Shown here piece after piece: positions 10,632 to 19,391 of a stretch of 64,000 nt of DNA. Source of the stretch: an uncultured Clostridia bacterium (GTDB lineage Bacteria; Bacillota; Clostridia; Saccharofermentanales; Saccharofermentanaceae). The DNA is taken from assembly GCA_947167045.1 (NCBI GenBank), contig CAMVGO010000003.1, forward strand, positions 30,065 through 94,064, written 5' to 3'. The notes beneath the pieces are model-generated. The model was not told the origin of the DNA and did no database searches. It worked only from the letters and a program-made list of their open reading frames with translations. The position numbers and the translations under genes are program-made. Within the stretch, counting starts at the first letter, position 1, and each line of letters opens with the position of its first letter.

Positions 10632-12314
10632 ATGAAGATGACCGGAGCACAGATATTAGTCGAGACCTTGATAGAACAGGGTGTTGACACCGTGTTCGGT
10701 TTTCCGGGCGGCATGGTCGTAGACATCTACGATAAACTCTACGACAAGCAGGATAAGATAAAGCATATCCTGACCGCACACGAGGAAGGCGCCGTACACA
10801 GCGCCGACGGTTACGCGAGAGCAACCGGGAAGACGGGTGTTGTAATTGCAACATCCGGTCCCGGTGCGACCAACCTCGTTACGGGAATCGCCACAGCATA
10901 TCTCGATTCGATCCCTTTGGTCGCGATCACCGGAAACGTAAGAAATTCCATGATCGGAAGAGACTCTTTCCAGGAGATCGACATCACCGGTATCACGCTT
11001 CCCATCACCAAGCACAACTTCTTCGTGCATAAGGTTTCCAAGCTTGCGGATGTGGTAAGAAAAGCATTCGAACTCGCGCAGTCGGGACGCCCCGGACCAG
11101 TCCTTATCGATATCCCGAAGGATGTCCAGGAAGCCGTATTCGAATTTAAGAAACAGCCTGTCGCAAAGCCTGAGCCGATACCTTGCTGCAGCGATGAAGA
11201 CATCAAAAAAGCAGTCAGTCTCATAAAGGAATCCAAGCGGCCTTATATCTATTTCGGAGGCGGTGCGGTAAGGACCGAACTCGGCGAAGATATAGTAAAG
11301 CTCGCGGACAAACTCGATGCCGTCATCGGATGTTCCATGATGGGTCTTTCAGAGATCCCGACGGATTCGCCGAGATTTCTCGGAATGCAGGGAATGCACG
11401 GGCGCTATGCTTCTTCAGTCGCGCTCGCGAAGGCCGATCTCATAATCGCAATCGGTGTGAGATTTTCTGACCGTGCGACGGGAAAGACCGAAAAGTTTTC
11501 GCTGTCCGCGACTAAGATCCATGTCGACTGCGACCGTGCCGAGATAGGCAAGAATGTTCCCGTAGATCTCGGTATCTGCTGCGACATCAGGGACTTTACG
11601 AAGCGCCTTACGAAAGCTGCTCCGCAGCGGAAGAATACCGAATGGATAAAGAAGGTTGACCAGCTGAGGAAGAGGGAATCCGATGCTTACGAAGGACTTC
11701 CGTTCCTTCCGAGAGATGCGGTCAACATTATTTCGGATAACATCAGGCCAGACACAAGAATTGTAACTGATGTCGGCCAGCATCAGTGCTGGGCAGCACA
11801 GTTCTTTAAGTTCAGAAATAAGCGCACGTGGATCACATCAGGCGGATTGGGCACGATGGGATTCGGTCTGGGTGCCGCCATCGGAAGCTCCATCGCTACC
11901 AATACAAGAAGCGTTCTCATCACAGGAGACGGAAGCTTCGGAATGTGCCTTAACGAACTTGCAACGGCAGTTACATACAACGTTCCTGTTACCATCGTTA
12001 TCTTTAACAACCATGCGCTCGGTATGGTAAGACAATGGCAGAAGGTATTCTTTGACGGAAGATACTCCAATACCACGCTCGACAGAAAGACTGATTTTGT
12101 AAAGCTCGCACAGGCATTCGGAGCAAAGGGTTACAAAGCTGAAGACAAGGAATCTTTCGAGAAAGTCTTTAAGAAAGCATATAAGGAAAACGGCCCGGTC
12201 ATAATCGATCTTACGATAAAGACTGACAGCCTCGTTCTTCCGATGCTCAAGCCGGGCGGAACATTCAACAATCTCATCTTGAGAAGGGAGGATATCAGCG
12301 ATGAAGAAGGATAA
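10632..12314 (+). CDS. ilvB: Acetolactate synthase large subunit
   Basis: MTGAQIL, FGFPGG, ATSGPGATN, GRPGPVLIDIPKDV, TPP motif GDGSF..NN; SD GAGGTG favours ATG 10632. Confidence 0.95.
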   Translation: MKMTGAQILVETLIEQGVDTVFGFPGGMVVDIYDKLYDKQDKIKHILTAHEEGAVHSADGYARATGKTGVVIATSGPGATNLVTGIATAYLDSIPLVAITGNVRNSMIGRDSFQEIDITGITLPITKHNFFVHKVSKLADVVRKAFELAQSGRPGPVLIDIPKDVQEAVFEFKKQPVAKPEPIPCCSDEDIKKAVSLIKESKRPYIYFGGGAVRTELGEDIVKLADKLDAVIGCSMMGLSEIPTDSPRFLGMQGMHGRYASSVALAKADLIIAIGVRFSDRATGKTEKFSLSATKIHVDCDRAEIGKNVPVDLGICCDIRDFTKRLTKAAPQRKNTEWIKKVDQLRKRESDAYEGLPFLPRDAVNIISDNIRPDTRIVTDVGQHQCWAAQFFKFRNKRTWITSGGLGTMGFGLGAAIGSSIATNTRSVLITGDGSFGMCLNELATAVTYNVPVTIVIFNNHALGMVRQWQKVFFDGRYSNTTLDRKTDFVKLAQAFGAKGYKAEDKESFEKVFKKAYKENGPVIIDLTIKTDSLVLPMLKPGGTFNNLILRREDISDEEG

Positions 12315-12813
12315 GATAATCATTGCCATCTACGTTGATAACCAGTATGGTGTCCTCTCACGCGTTACCGCAATGTTTACGAGAAGAGGATTCAACATCG
12401 ATTCGCTTACGGTAGGTGAGACCGAATCACCTGAGTATTCGCGTATAACGATCACGCTGACTGCCGAAAAGAACGACAAGGATCAGGTGGTCTCCCAGCT
12501 CAGAAAACTCTATAACGTGAAGAAAGTAATCGTCCTCTCCAATGAAGACTGTATCAAGCGAGAACTTCTTCTCATAAAGGTTAAGAATACTGCAGAAGCG
12601 CATTCCGACATAGTCGAAGCAACGAACATCTTCCGGACGAAGATAATCGATTTTACCGATGAAGCTATCAGCATTGAAGCGACGGGTGACAGCCAGAAGA
12701 TCGACGCGTTCATCGAATATATGAAGAAGTTCGAGATAATCGAAATGTGCAGAACGGGTATCGTTGCGCTCGACAGAGGCGGAACGAATATCTGGACCGA
12801 ACACGAAGACTGA
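12301..12813 (+). CDS. ilvN: Acetolactate synthase small (regulatory) subunit
   Basis: ACT domain VDNQYGVLSRV..RRGFNIDSLTVG, RELLLIKV, EMCRTG. Confidence 0.93.
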   Translation: MKKDKIIIAIYVDNQYGVLSRVTAMFTRRGFNIDSLTVGETESPEYSRITITLTAEKNDKDQVVSQLRKLYNVKKVIVLSNEDCIKRELLLIKVKNTAEAHSDIVEATNIFRTKIIDFTDEAISIEATGDSQKIDAFIEYMKKFEIIEMCRTGIVALDRGGTNIWTEHED

Positions 12814-12913
12814 ACAATTAATTAAAATTTAACTAAAATAACTCCCTCAATGTTTTATAATAAAATCAAAGGTCAAAGCCTTTTGAAACTTCAAAACGGA
12901 AGGGAGTGATTTT

Positions 12914-13456
12914 ATGAAGATCACTACACAGGGCAACGGAATTCGCATCGGCACAAGGCTTGAGGAGAAGATCGCCGCCAAGATGTCAAAGTTCGACAAG
13001 TACTTCGGCGATGAAGGTTCACTCAACGTACGCATCAGACCGGAAGGTCCCGAGATGATAGTCGAGATCACGATGAAATTCGCCGGCAAGATCTTAAGGG
13101 CTGAGGCAAGTGATGAGGATATCCTGACAGCAGTTGACAGAACAGTCGACAAGCTCGAATCTCAGATCAGAAGACAGAAGACCAAGTTCCTCAAGAAGAA
13201 GAAGGAGTATCCTGAGATCGTTAATTACCTTGAGGATGACGGTGGTGCAGATTTCGATCTTGTAGATGAGAAAGAAGAGAAGATCACAAAGCGCAAGCAG
13301 TTCGCATTGAGACCCATGACATCAGAGGATGCTATCCTTCAGCTCGAGATGTTAGGTCATGACTTCTTCGTATACCTCGACAGCGATACAAATTCTGTCT
13401 GCGTTGTTTATAAGAGATATGACGGCGGCTACGGTCTGCTCGAACCTGAATATTGA
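12914..13456 (+). CDS. hpf: Long-form ribosome hibernation promoting factor
   Basis: LRAEAS..AVD..VDKLESQIRRQK and C-terminal PMTSEDAILQLEMLGHDFFVY..VVYKR..GYGLLE. Confidence 0.93.
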   Translation: MKITTQGNGIRIGTRLEEKIAAKMSKFDKYFGDEGSLNVRIRPEGPEMIVEITMKFAGKILRAEASDEDILTAVDRTVDKLESQIRRQKTKFLKKKKEYPEIVNYLEDDGGADFDLVDEKEEKITKRKQFALRPMTSEDAILQLEMLGHDFFVYLDSDTNSVCVVYKRYDGGYGLLEPEY

Positions 13457-13481
13457 TACATAAAAACAATTGAATCTTACG

Positions 13482-13511
13482 GGGCTGCAGCAATGCAGCC
13501 CTGTTCATTTT
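13482..13511 (+). terminator. Probable intrinsic terminator after hpf
   Basis: GGGCTGCA-gcaa-TGCAGCCC followed by tgttcatttt. Confidence 0.7.
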
Positions 13512-13571
13512 GCGTTCTCGGGTTTTACGGGTAATATATGACCAGATAGTCCATTCGATCGGAGAATTAAA

Positions 13572-14015
13572 ATGGAATATGGATTTAAAGGTCACGAGAC
13601 GGCAGGTGAGGTAAAACCTTCTGCAGACTGTGAATACAGACTGGATTCACTGCTCGATCTTTTCGATGTTTTATATGACGGCATTTGGAGGGCTGAGACA
13701 TGCGCTCCGAGGATGAGAGATGAATGGCCGGCGAAGCATAAGACTTACGGTCAGTGTTCCATCACCGCGTTTCTTGTTCAGGATATATTCGGAGGCGAGG
13801 TCTACGGAGTACCGTTACCTGACGGGAATTTTCACTGCTATAACGTGATCGGCGGAAAACAGTACGATCTCACTGTGGAACAGTTCGGGAATGAGGCAGA
13901 AAGTCTTGTTTTCGATGACAGGTATCCGCAAAAACGTGAAGTTCATTTCGCCAAGCAGGAAAAGTATGAGAGATATCTTCTTCTCAAGAGTCTTTTAAAG
14001 CAGGTCAGGAGATAA
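13572..14015 (+). CDS. YunG-like protein
   Basis: GQCSITAFLVQDIFGGEV..HCYN..DLTVEQF motif. Confidence 0.65.
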   Translation: MEYGFKGHETAGEVKPSADCEYRLDSLLDLFDVLYDGIWRAETCAPRMRDEWPAKHKTYGQCSITAFLVQDIFGGEVYGVPLPDGNFHCYNVIGGKQYDLTVEQFGNEAESLVFDDRYPQKREVHFAKQEKYERYLLLKSLLKQVRR

Positions 14016-14135
14016 TTCCGGCGGGCGGATTTTTCGCCTGATTTGCCTCATCTGTAACATAAATGTTCCACAAATAGCGGGTTGTGCGTGATAAACTTAG
14101 TCGGGGAAAAATAGGAGTATCACAAGGAGAAATAG

Positions 14136-15446
14136 ATGAATAACAGTAAGATAAAGGCTATAGCAGTTTTTGCTGTCATTATACTGCTCGCAGTGGGCGG
14201 GTTTATTGGTTATCAGACCCTTTTTGTTAAGCGCGGCTGGGTGAAGACCGATGCCGGCACATACTATTACGATAACGGCAAGGCCTATTCAGGCATGAAG
14301 AAAATGTCGGACGGCACCATCAGGTATTTCGATCCCGAGACGAACATCATGGTCACGGGTGAGAAGGAGATCGACGGCAACCGTTATCTGTTCGATGCCG
14401 AAGGCGTTATGCTGACGGGTCTCCAGGAATATAACGGCAGCACGAGGTTTTATAATCCCGAGACCGGAACGCTGATGACCGGTTGGTTTGAAGTCTCTGA
14501 TAACGGAGACGCATCGCAGCTCCCCGGCGGGATCAAGCCCGGAAAGTACTATGCTGCACCTGATACCGGAAACGTTGCGCTTGGTCTTTACGTCATCGGA
14601 GGAAAGCAGTATTACTTCGATAAGGAAACCGGAATAATGCAGACCGGCTGGATGGAGATGGACGGCGACAAGTATTACTTTAACGAAGGTTCCGGAGAAG
14701 GCGCCGACGGCATAATCGAGATCAACGGCGACAGATACGGTTTCATCGGCGGAAAGGTCGTAAGGAACCAGAGAGCCATTGCAGACAAGCATCTCTATTA
14801 TTTTGATGACGAGGGCAAGATCTGGCGCGAGATCGACGGCAACAAGCCGATGGTCGCACTGACATACGATGACGGTCCTTCGATCTATACCGATCAGATA
14901 CTCGATGCGTTTGTTCAGTACAACCAGCGCTGCACTTTCTTTATCGTCGGAGACAGGATCTCCTGGAATGAGGATCCTGCAAGACGTGAGATCGAACTCG
15001 GGTTCGAGCAGGGTAACCATACATACAGCCACGACAGACTTACAAAGTTCGATGCGGAAGGACAGAAGGAAGTTCTCAAGGGAACTGACGATGAACTTGT
15101 ACGCATCGGCGGAAAACCCACAACGTGCTTAAGACCTCCCGAAGGCAAATGGAACGATACTCTGAAGGAATCATGCGGACTGCCGATAATTCTCTGGAGC
15201 ATTGATTCGCGTGACTGGGAGAGCAGAAACAAGGATAAGATAATCGGACAGATAGTAGGCAAGGTAAAGGACGGGGACATCGTTCTCATGCACGATCTCT
15301 ATCAGGCTACGGCAGATGCCACGCAGCAGATCGTTCCGTCACTCGTTGAAGCTGGTTTCCAGCTCGTAACTGTTGAAGAGATGGGCATCATAAAGCGCGG
15401 CGGTCTGGATAACGGTGTTGTTTATTATTCGATCGAGAATAAGTGA
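14136..15446 (+). CDS. Membrane-anchored polysaccharide (peptidoglycan-type, CE4) deacetylase with cell-wall-binding repeats
   Basis: N-terminal TM; YYF..TG.M.TGW repeats; LTYDDGP, NHTYSH, RPPEG, WSIDSRDW, VLMHD. Confidence 0.88.
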   Translation: MNNSKIKAIAVFAVIILLAVGGFIGYQTLFVKRGWVKTDAGTYYYDNGKAYSGMKKMSDGTIRYFDPETNIMVTGEKEIDGNRYLFDAEGVMLTGLQEYNGSTRFYNPETGTLMTGWFEVSDNGDASQLPGGIKPGKYYAAPDTGNVALGLYVIGGKQYYFDKETGIMQTGWMEMDGDKYYFNEGSGEGADGIIEINGDRYGFIGGKVVRNQRAIADKHLYYFDDEGKIWREIDGNKPMVALTYDDGPSIYTDQILDAFVQYNQRCTFFIVGDRISWNEDPARREIELGFEQGNHTYSHDRLTKFDAEGQKEVLKGTDDELVRIGGKPTTCLRPPEGKWNDTLKESCGLPIILWSIDSRDWESRNKDKIIGQIVGKVKDGDIVLMHDLYQATADATQQIVPSLVEAGFQLVTVEEMGIIKRGGLDNGVVYYSIENK

Positions 15447-15463
15447 TATTGCAATGATCTGAT

Positions 15464-17101
15464 ATGGATAACATAACTGACTATGTCCGCTGGGTAGGCG
15501 GAACCGACTTTGAAGGCAGGCCCTTTTCGAGAGTCGATAACATCGTGCTCAGTCAGTTGTGCTATCTGGACTTAAGAGACATTCCTGAGATCAATGAGGA
15601 AGACGGCGTTTTGACGCTCAGGGAGTGCGTAAACAGTCTTACAAATCTCGGCATATCTATACGCAAGATGGCGCCCGATGACAGCGAGCGGTACACGCAG
15701 CTCGTCAAAGCCTGCGCAAGTTCGAAAAGATTCGGCGATCTTTATATCTCGGCTTTTACGGACATCCTGAACGAGGAAGATTCGATACAGTTCTCGGCCA
15801 TGACATTCTCGCCTGAAAAGAACCAAGGATGGGCCTTTGTCGCATTCAGGGGAACGGACTGCACAATTGCAGGCTGGAAGGAAGACTTCATGACGAGCTT
15901 TATGCTCACGTCGTCCCAAAAGATGGCTGAGGATTATGTCCGTTCGGCTCTGAACGTATTCGACAGTATCCTGGTCGGAGGCCACTCGAAAGGCGGAAAC
16001 CTGGCGGTGTACTCCGTCGCGGTCCTGCCTGACGTTCTGTTCGACAGGGTAGTGCATGTTTACACGAATGACGGTCCGGGATTTTGTTCCGAAGTTCTGG
16101 ATATGAACCTTATAAAGAGGATAAATCCCAAGACCACGAGGATAGTTCCCCAGTTCACCATTGTGGGAAGTCTTTTCGCGCCCGAGATCGACGACTGCTA
16201 TATCATTAAGAGCGACAAGCAGATGATCGAGCAGCATGAACTCTGTTCCTGGGGGATCGACCACGGCGATCTTCTAATCGCACCTGAAGGGATAGATCCT
16301 CTCGCGGCAAGGATAAACAGCGGCATAGACAAATGGATCTTTTCAGTTGACATTGAAGACCGTAAGAGATTCATAAATGCCTTCTTTGATTCCATCAGTG
16401 CTGACGGGACACAGACTCTTGAAGAGTTCAACGCACTCGGACTGAAAGGATGGGAGAGAGTATTCAAGGTCGTATTCGGCGATGACGAGGGATTCAGGCA
16501 GGCGGCGGCAGCGCTTCCTGACCAGCTGTTCCTGGACGGAGCCGGTAAGAAGGTAACGAAAACAGGCCTTTACAGGCAGTTCAGACGATCCGACATGGCC
16601 AAGGGACTTGCGATGATACTCGCAGGACTCCTGATATTCCTCATTCCAGAGGGATTCATGTTTATCCTGGTCGGCATACTTCTTTTGGCTGCCACGGTAA
16701 TATCCATTACGCTGACTGTAAGGAAGATGAAGAAGGACAACTGGAACTTCCAGCTGCATCTTGTGGATGCGACCGTGTCCTCGGCTCTCGTTGCGACGAC
16801 AGTCATCACTTTTGTCAAAGAAGGTGCGCTCTTCGTCATGGCGAGCGGCATCTTTGCGGCACTCCTGTTCGCGTGCTCATATAACTGCATGGCAAGAGCG
16901 AAAAGAACACACAACAGAAAGTTCGCTGTCCTTCTCGTAATAATGAGCGCCATATGGGCGGTGAGCGGCATATACATCCTTTTTGCTCCCGAAAACACGC
17001 TTAACGTATATATGATCATCGTCGGATCTCTTGCAATCGCCGACGGCCTAATCAGGGTAATGAAGGCGTATAACGTCAGACACCGCTGGTACGTGAGATA
17101 A
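15464..17101 (+). CDS. DUF2974 (Mbeg1-like) alpha/beta hydrolase with C-terminal membrane domain
   Basis: NITDYVRW, FSRVDNIVLSQLCY, QFSAMTF, AFRGTD..GWKEDF, GHSKGGNLA, DGPGF; about six C-terminal TMs. Confidence 0.8.
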   Translation: MDNITDYVRWVGGTDFEGRPFSRVDNIVLSQLCYLDLRDIPEINEEDGVLTLRECVNSLTNLGISIRKMAPDDSERYTQLVKACASSKRFGDLYISAFTDILNEEDSIQFSAMTFSPEKNQGWAFVAFRGTDCTIAGWKEDFMTSFMLTSSQKMAEDYVRSALNVFDSILVGGHSKGGNLAVYSVAVLPDVLFDRVVHVYTNDGPGFCSEVLDMNLIKRINPKTTRIVPQFTIVGSLFAPEIDDCYIIKSDKQMIEQHELCSWGIDHGDLLIAPEGIDPLAARINSGIDKWIFSVDIEDRKRFINAFFDSISADGTQTLEEFNALGLKGWERVFKVVFGDDEGFRQAAAALPDQLFLDGAGKKVTKTGLYRQFRRSDMAKGLAMILAGLLIFLIPEGFMFILVGILLLAATVISITLTVRKMKKDNWNFQLHLVDATVSSALVATTVITFVKEGALFVMASGIFAALLFACSYNCMARAKRTHNRKFAVLLVIMSAIWAVSGIYILFAPENTLNVYMIIVGSLAIADGLIRVMKAYNVRHRWYVR

Positions 17102-17160
17102 CACTTTTCTTGCGTTGGAATTCAGTTCTGCTTTTTACTGACTATTCCGTTTTGTACGAG

Positions 17161-17339
17161 AAATAAGATTTCAGCGCAACTTTCCGCACAAGCGAAGCGC
17201 GGAGGACCTGTTGCGCTGAAATCTTATTTTGAGACTTGCAAGCAAGTTGCTCGAATGCGTGTTATATTCCTACGCTTCGCTCCGGATATAACACTTTTCT
17301 CATAACCCTTGCAAGCAAGTTATTCGAATGCGTGTTATA
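17161..17339. repeat. Intergenic REP-like palindrome and direct-repeat cluster
   Basis: Perfect 20-bp inverted repeat 17161-17180/17210-17229; 32-nt direct repeats 17235-17266 and 17308-17339 (30/32 identical). Confidence 0.85.
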
Positions 17340-17370
17340 ATCAATTTATTATGACAAGGGGGGCTCTTTT

Positions 17371-18042
17371 ATGGCAGACGATTTGGATAAGAAGATGGAA
17401 CCTGAGATCACTGATGTTCCCGAGGAAGCAAAAGACGTTGTAAAAGAATCGGCATCTGTTGTCGAAGCGACAGAAGAGAAGGCCGCAGCAGTGGCAGAAA
17501 AGGCCGCAGAAGCTCCTGCAGCTGCAACTGCAGCCGTAGCCGCAGCTTCCGCAGAAGCAAGCAAGAAGGCAACAAAGGAAGCCGAAGCCGCTGCAAAGGC
17601 TGCAAAGAAGGCTGAAGAACAGGCCGCCAAGGAAGCTGCAAAGCAGGAAGCTGCACGTGCCAAGGAAGAGGAAAAGGCAAGGGCAGCAAAAGAGAAGGCT
17701 GAAGCCAAGATCGAGAAGAAGAGACAGAAGAAAGCTGCACAGCAGGCTCTGATCGATGCCTGCCCGCCTCAGTACAGACCGGTATCAACTTCAAAGTATT
17801 TCTGGCTCGCATTTCTGAGCGCGATCCCCTTCATCGGATTCATCGCAACACTGCTCCTCTCCATTGCCGGGCGCAACAGGAACGTTAAGAATTTCGAGAG
17901 AGCGATCCTCGCATATTACATCATCGCATTTATCATCTGCCTTATCGCAATTATCGTTGTCGGTGTCTGCCTGCCTCAGCCGGTAAGGGATGCAGTCCTT
18001 CTTTCTTTCGATAAGATCGGCGGAGCTTTCACATTCGGTTAA
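17371..18042 (+). CDS. Hypothetical membrane protein with Ala/Glu/Lys-rich coiled-coil N-terminus and two TMs
   Basis: 224-codon ORF with SD AAGGGGG; extended -10 TGtTATAAT at 17333-17341. Confidence 0.75.
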   Translation: MADDLDKKMEPEITDVPEEAKDVVKESASVVEATEEKAAAVAEKAAEAPAAATAAVAAASAEASKKATKEAEAAAKAAKKAEEQAAKEAAKQEAARAKEEEKARAAKEKAEAKIEKKRQKKAAQQALIDACPPQYRPVSTSKYFWLAFLSAIPFIGFIATLLLSIAGRNRNVKNFERAILAYYIIAFIICLIAIIVVGVCLPQPVRDAVLLSFDKIGGAFTFG

Positions 18043-18064
18043 GTTTGAAATAATCCTAAAATAT

Positions 18065-18110
18065 ACGGGCTGCCCCAAAGTGAAGAACCAGGGGACAGCC
18101 CGTTTTCTTT
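18065..18110 (+). terminator. Intrinsic terminator
   Basis: ACGGGCTGCCCC...GGGGACAGCCCGT followed by TTTCTTTT. Confidence 0.75.
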
Positions 18111-18137
18111 TGTTGCCTTCTTTTTATCCTGATGCCT

Positions 18138-18169
18138 CACGATTGTAACATTGTTAATTTACAATCGTG
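18138..18169. promoter_or_regulatory. Operator-like inverted repeat upstream of the DUF4004 gene
   Basis: CACGATTGTAA-N10-TTACAATCGTG, perfect 11-bp arms. Confidence 0.6.
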
Positions 18170-18201
18170 GTATTAAGTAAAAGAAAGTTGGTAATAGGAT
18201 C

Positions 18202-18828
18202 ATGGAAGAAAGACTTATATCCAAGAAGGATCTTTTGATAAAGGAAGGCATCTCTTACGGAACGCTCTACCGTTGGAAGCGTCAGGGCCTTATCCCCGAG
18301 AGCTGGTTTATCCATAAGGCCACCGAGATCGGTCAGGCTACATTCTTCCCTGAAGATAAGATCACAGCAAGGATCAGCCGCATCAAGGGTCTCAAGAACG
18401 AATTGTCCGTTGACCAGATGCAGGAACTGTTCTCCGCGAATGTTGAGAGTTTTAAGATCCCCATGCAGGATTTTAAGGGACTTGAGATCGTCGGAAGGAT
18501 GTCCATTACTGCTTTCACATCCGTATTCCCGATGAAGGACCTTCTCGACTTCAATGATGTTTTCGCTATGTATGTCGTAGATCATCTCATGAAGCTCTCC
18601 GGCATTTATCTTGAGGATGCAAAGCAGGTATTAAGACTTCTCTGCAAGTATCTTTCCGCAGAGGCTTCAAAGGAATACCAGCTGATCCTTCTCCGTAAGA
18701 TGGGCGTGCCCATGACGGTGCTCGTAAGAGGCGAAGACGAGATTCTGCTCGAAGACAATACCGAGATCATCGCATGTGCTAACCTCGGCGAATTCGAAGA
18801 GGCTCTCAAAGATCAGCTCATTGCCTGA
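18202..18828 (+). CDS. DUF4004/YhbD-family putative DNA-binding protein
   Basis: LISKKDLL..GISYGTLYRWKRQGLIPESWFIHKAT..GQATFFP. Confidence 0.82.
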   Translation: MEERLISKKDLLIKEGISYGTLYRWKRQGLIPESWFIHKATEIGQATFFPEDKITARISRIKGLKNELSVDQMQELFSANVESFKIPMQDFKGLEIVGRMSITAFTSVFPMKDLLDFNDVFAMYVVDHLMKLSGIYLEDAKQVLRLLCKYLSAEASKEYQLILLRKMGVPMTVLVRGEDEILLEDNTEIIACANLGEFEEALKDQLIA

Positions 18829-18840
18829 TAGGAAGTGCAG

Positions 18841-19230
18841 ATGGCAGAAGGAGATGAAAAGTTCCTGGAGATATTAGGCGTTCTTGCAGAAGACGTCAGG
18901 TTCAGGATACTGTCTCTGATAGCTTCGAGAGGTGAGATAACCGCAAAGGATATCCTCTCGGAATTTGATTTCACACAGCCGACACTGTCGCATCACATGG
19001 CCTGTCTGACTGAAGCGGGGCTCGTGAATGTTGAACGCAGAGGAAGATTTGCTTACTATTCCGTAAACAATGAAACCATAGAACTTGTATCTTCCGGAAT
19101 CGCATCTCTTAAGTCCGTTCCCGAAAAGAGGATCAAGGAAAAAGAACCTTCATCTGATGAGGCCGCGAAACTGAAAAAGGGCAAGAAAAAGAAGAAAAAA
19201 GACAAGAACAAAAAGAAGAAAAAAGATTGA
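18841..19230 (+). CDS. ArsR/SmtB-family transcriptional regulator with poly-Lys tail
   Basis: LA.DVRFRIL, FTQPTLSHHM..L.EAGLV..ERRGR..YYS. Confidence 0.85.
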   Translation: MAEGDEKFLEILGVLAEDVRFRILSLIASRGEITAKDILSEFDFTQPTLSHHMACLTEAGLVNVERRGRFAYYSVNNETIELVSSGIASLKSVPEKRIKEKEPSSDEAAKLKKGKKKKKKDKNKKKKKD

Positions 19231-19243
19231 TAACAATAGAACG

Positions 19244-19272
19244 GAGCTGTCTCAAACGGGGCAGCTCTTTTT
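19244..19272 (+). terminator. Intrinsic terminator
   Basis: GAGCTGTCTC-aaac-GGGGCAGCTC followed by TTTTT. Confidence 0.75.
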
Positions 19273-19391
19273 ATCGGCACAAATACCAATTTCACTTTTT
19301 TAGCGGTCTTATTGTAAGAGTTTGTCCCTTGAACGGTCTGTTTTTCACGTGTTACTCTTTTGGTATCAGCGGGGTTAAGAGGAGTTGCACG

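Noticed and set aside
17235-17339. Mini CRISPR array (two 32-nt repeats, 41-nt spacer)
   Set aside because: Only two imperfect copies, the spacer pairs with the repeat itself, and there are no cas genes.
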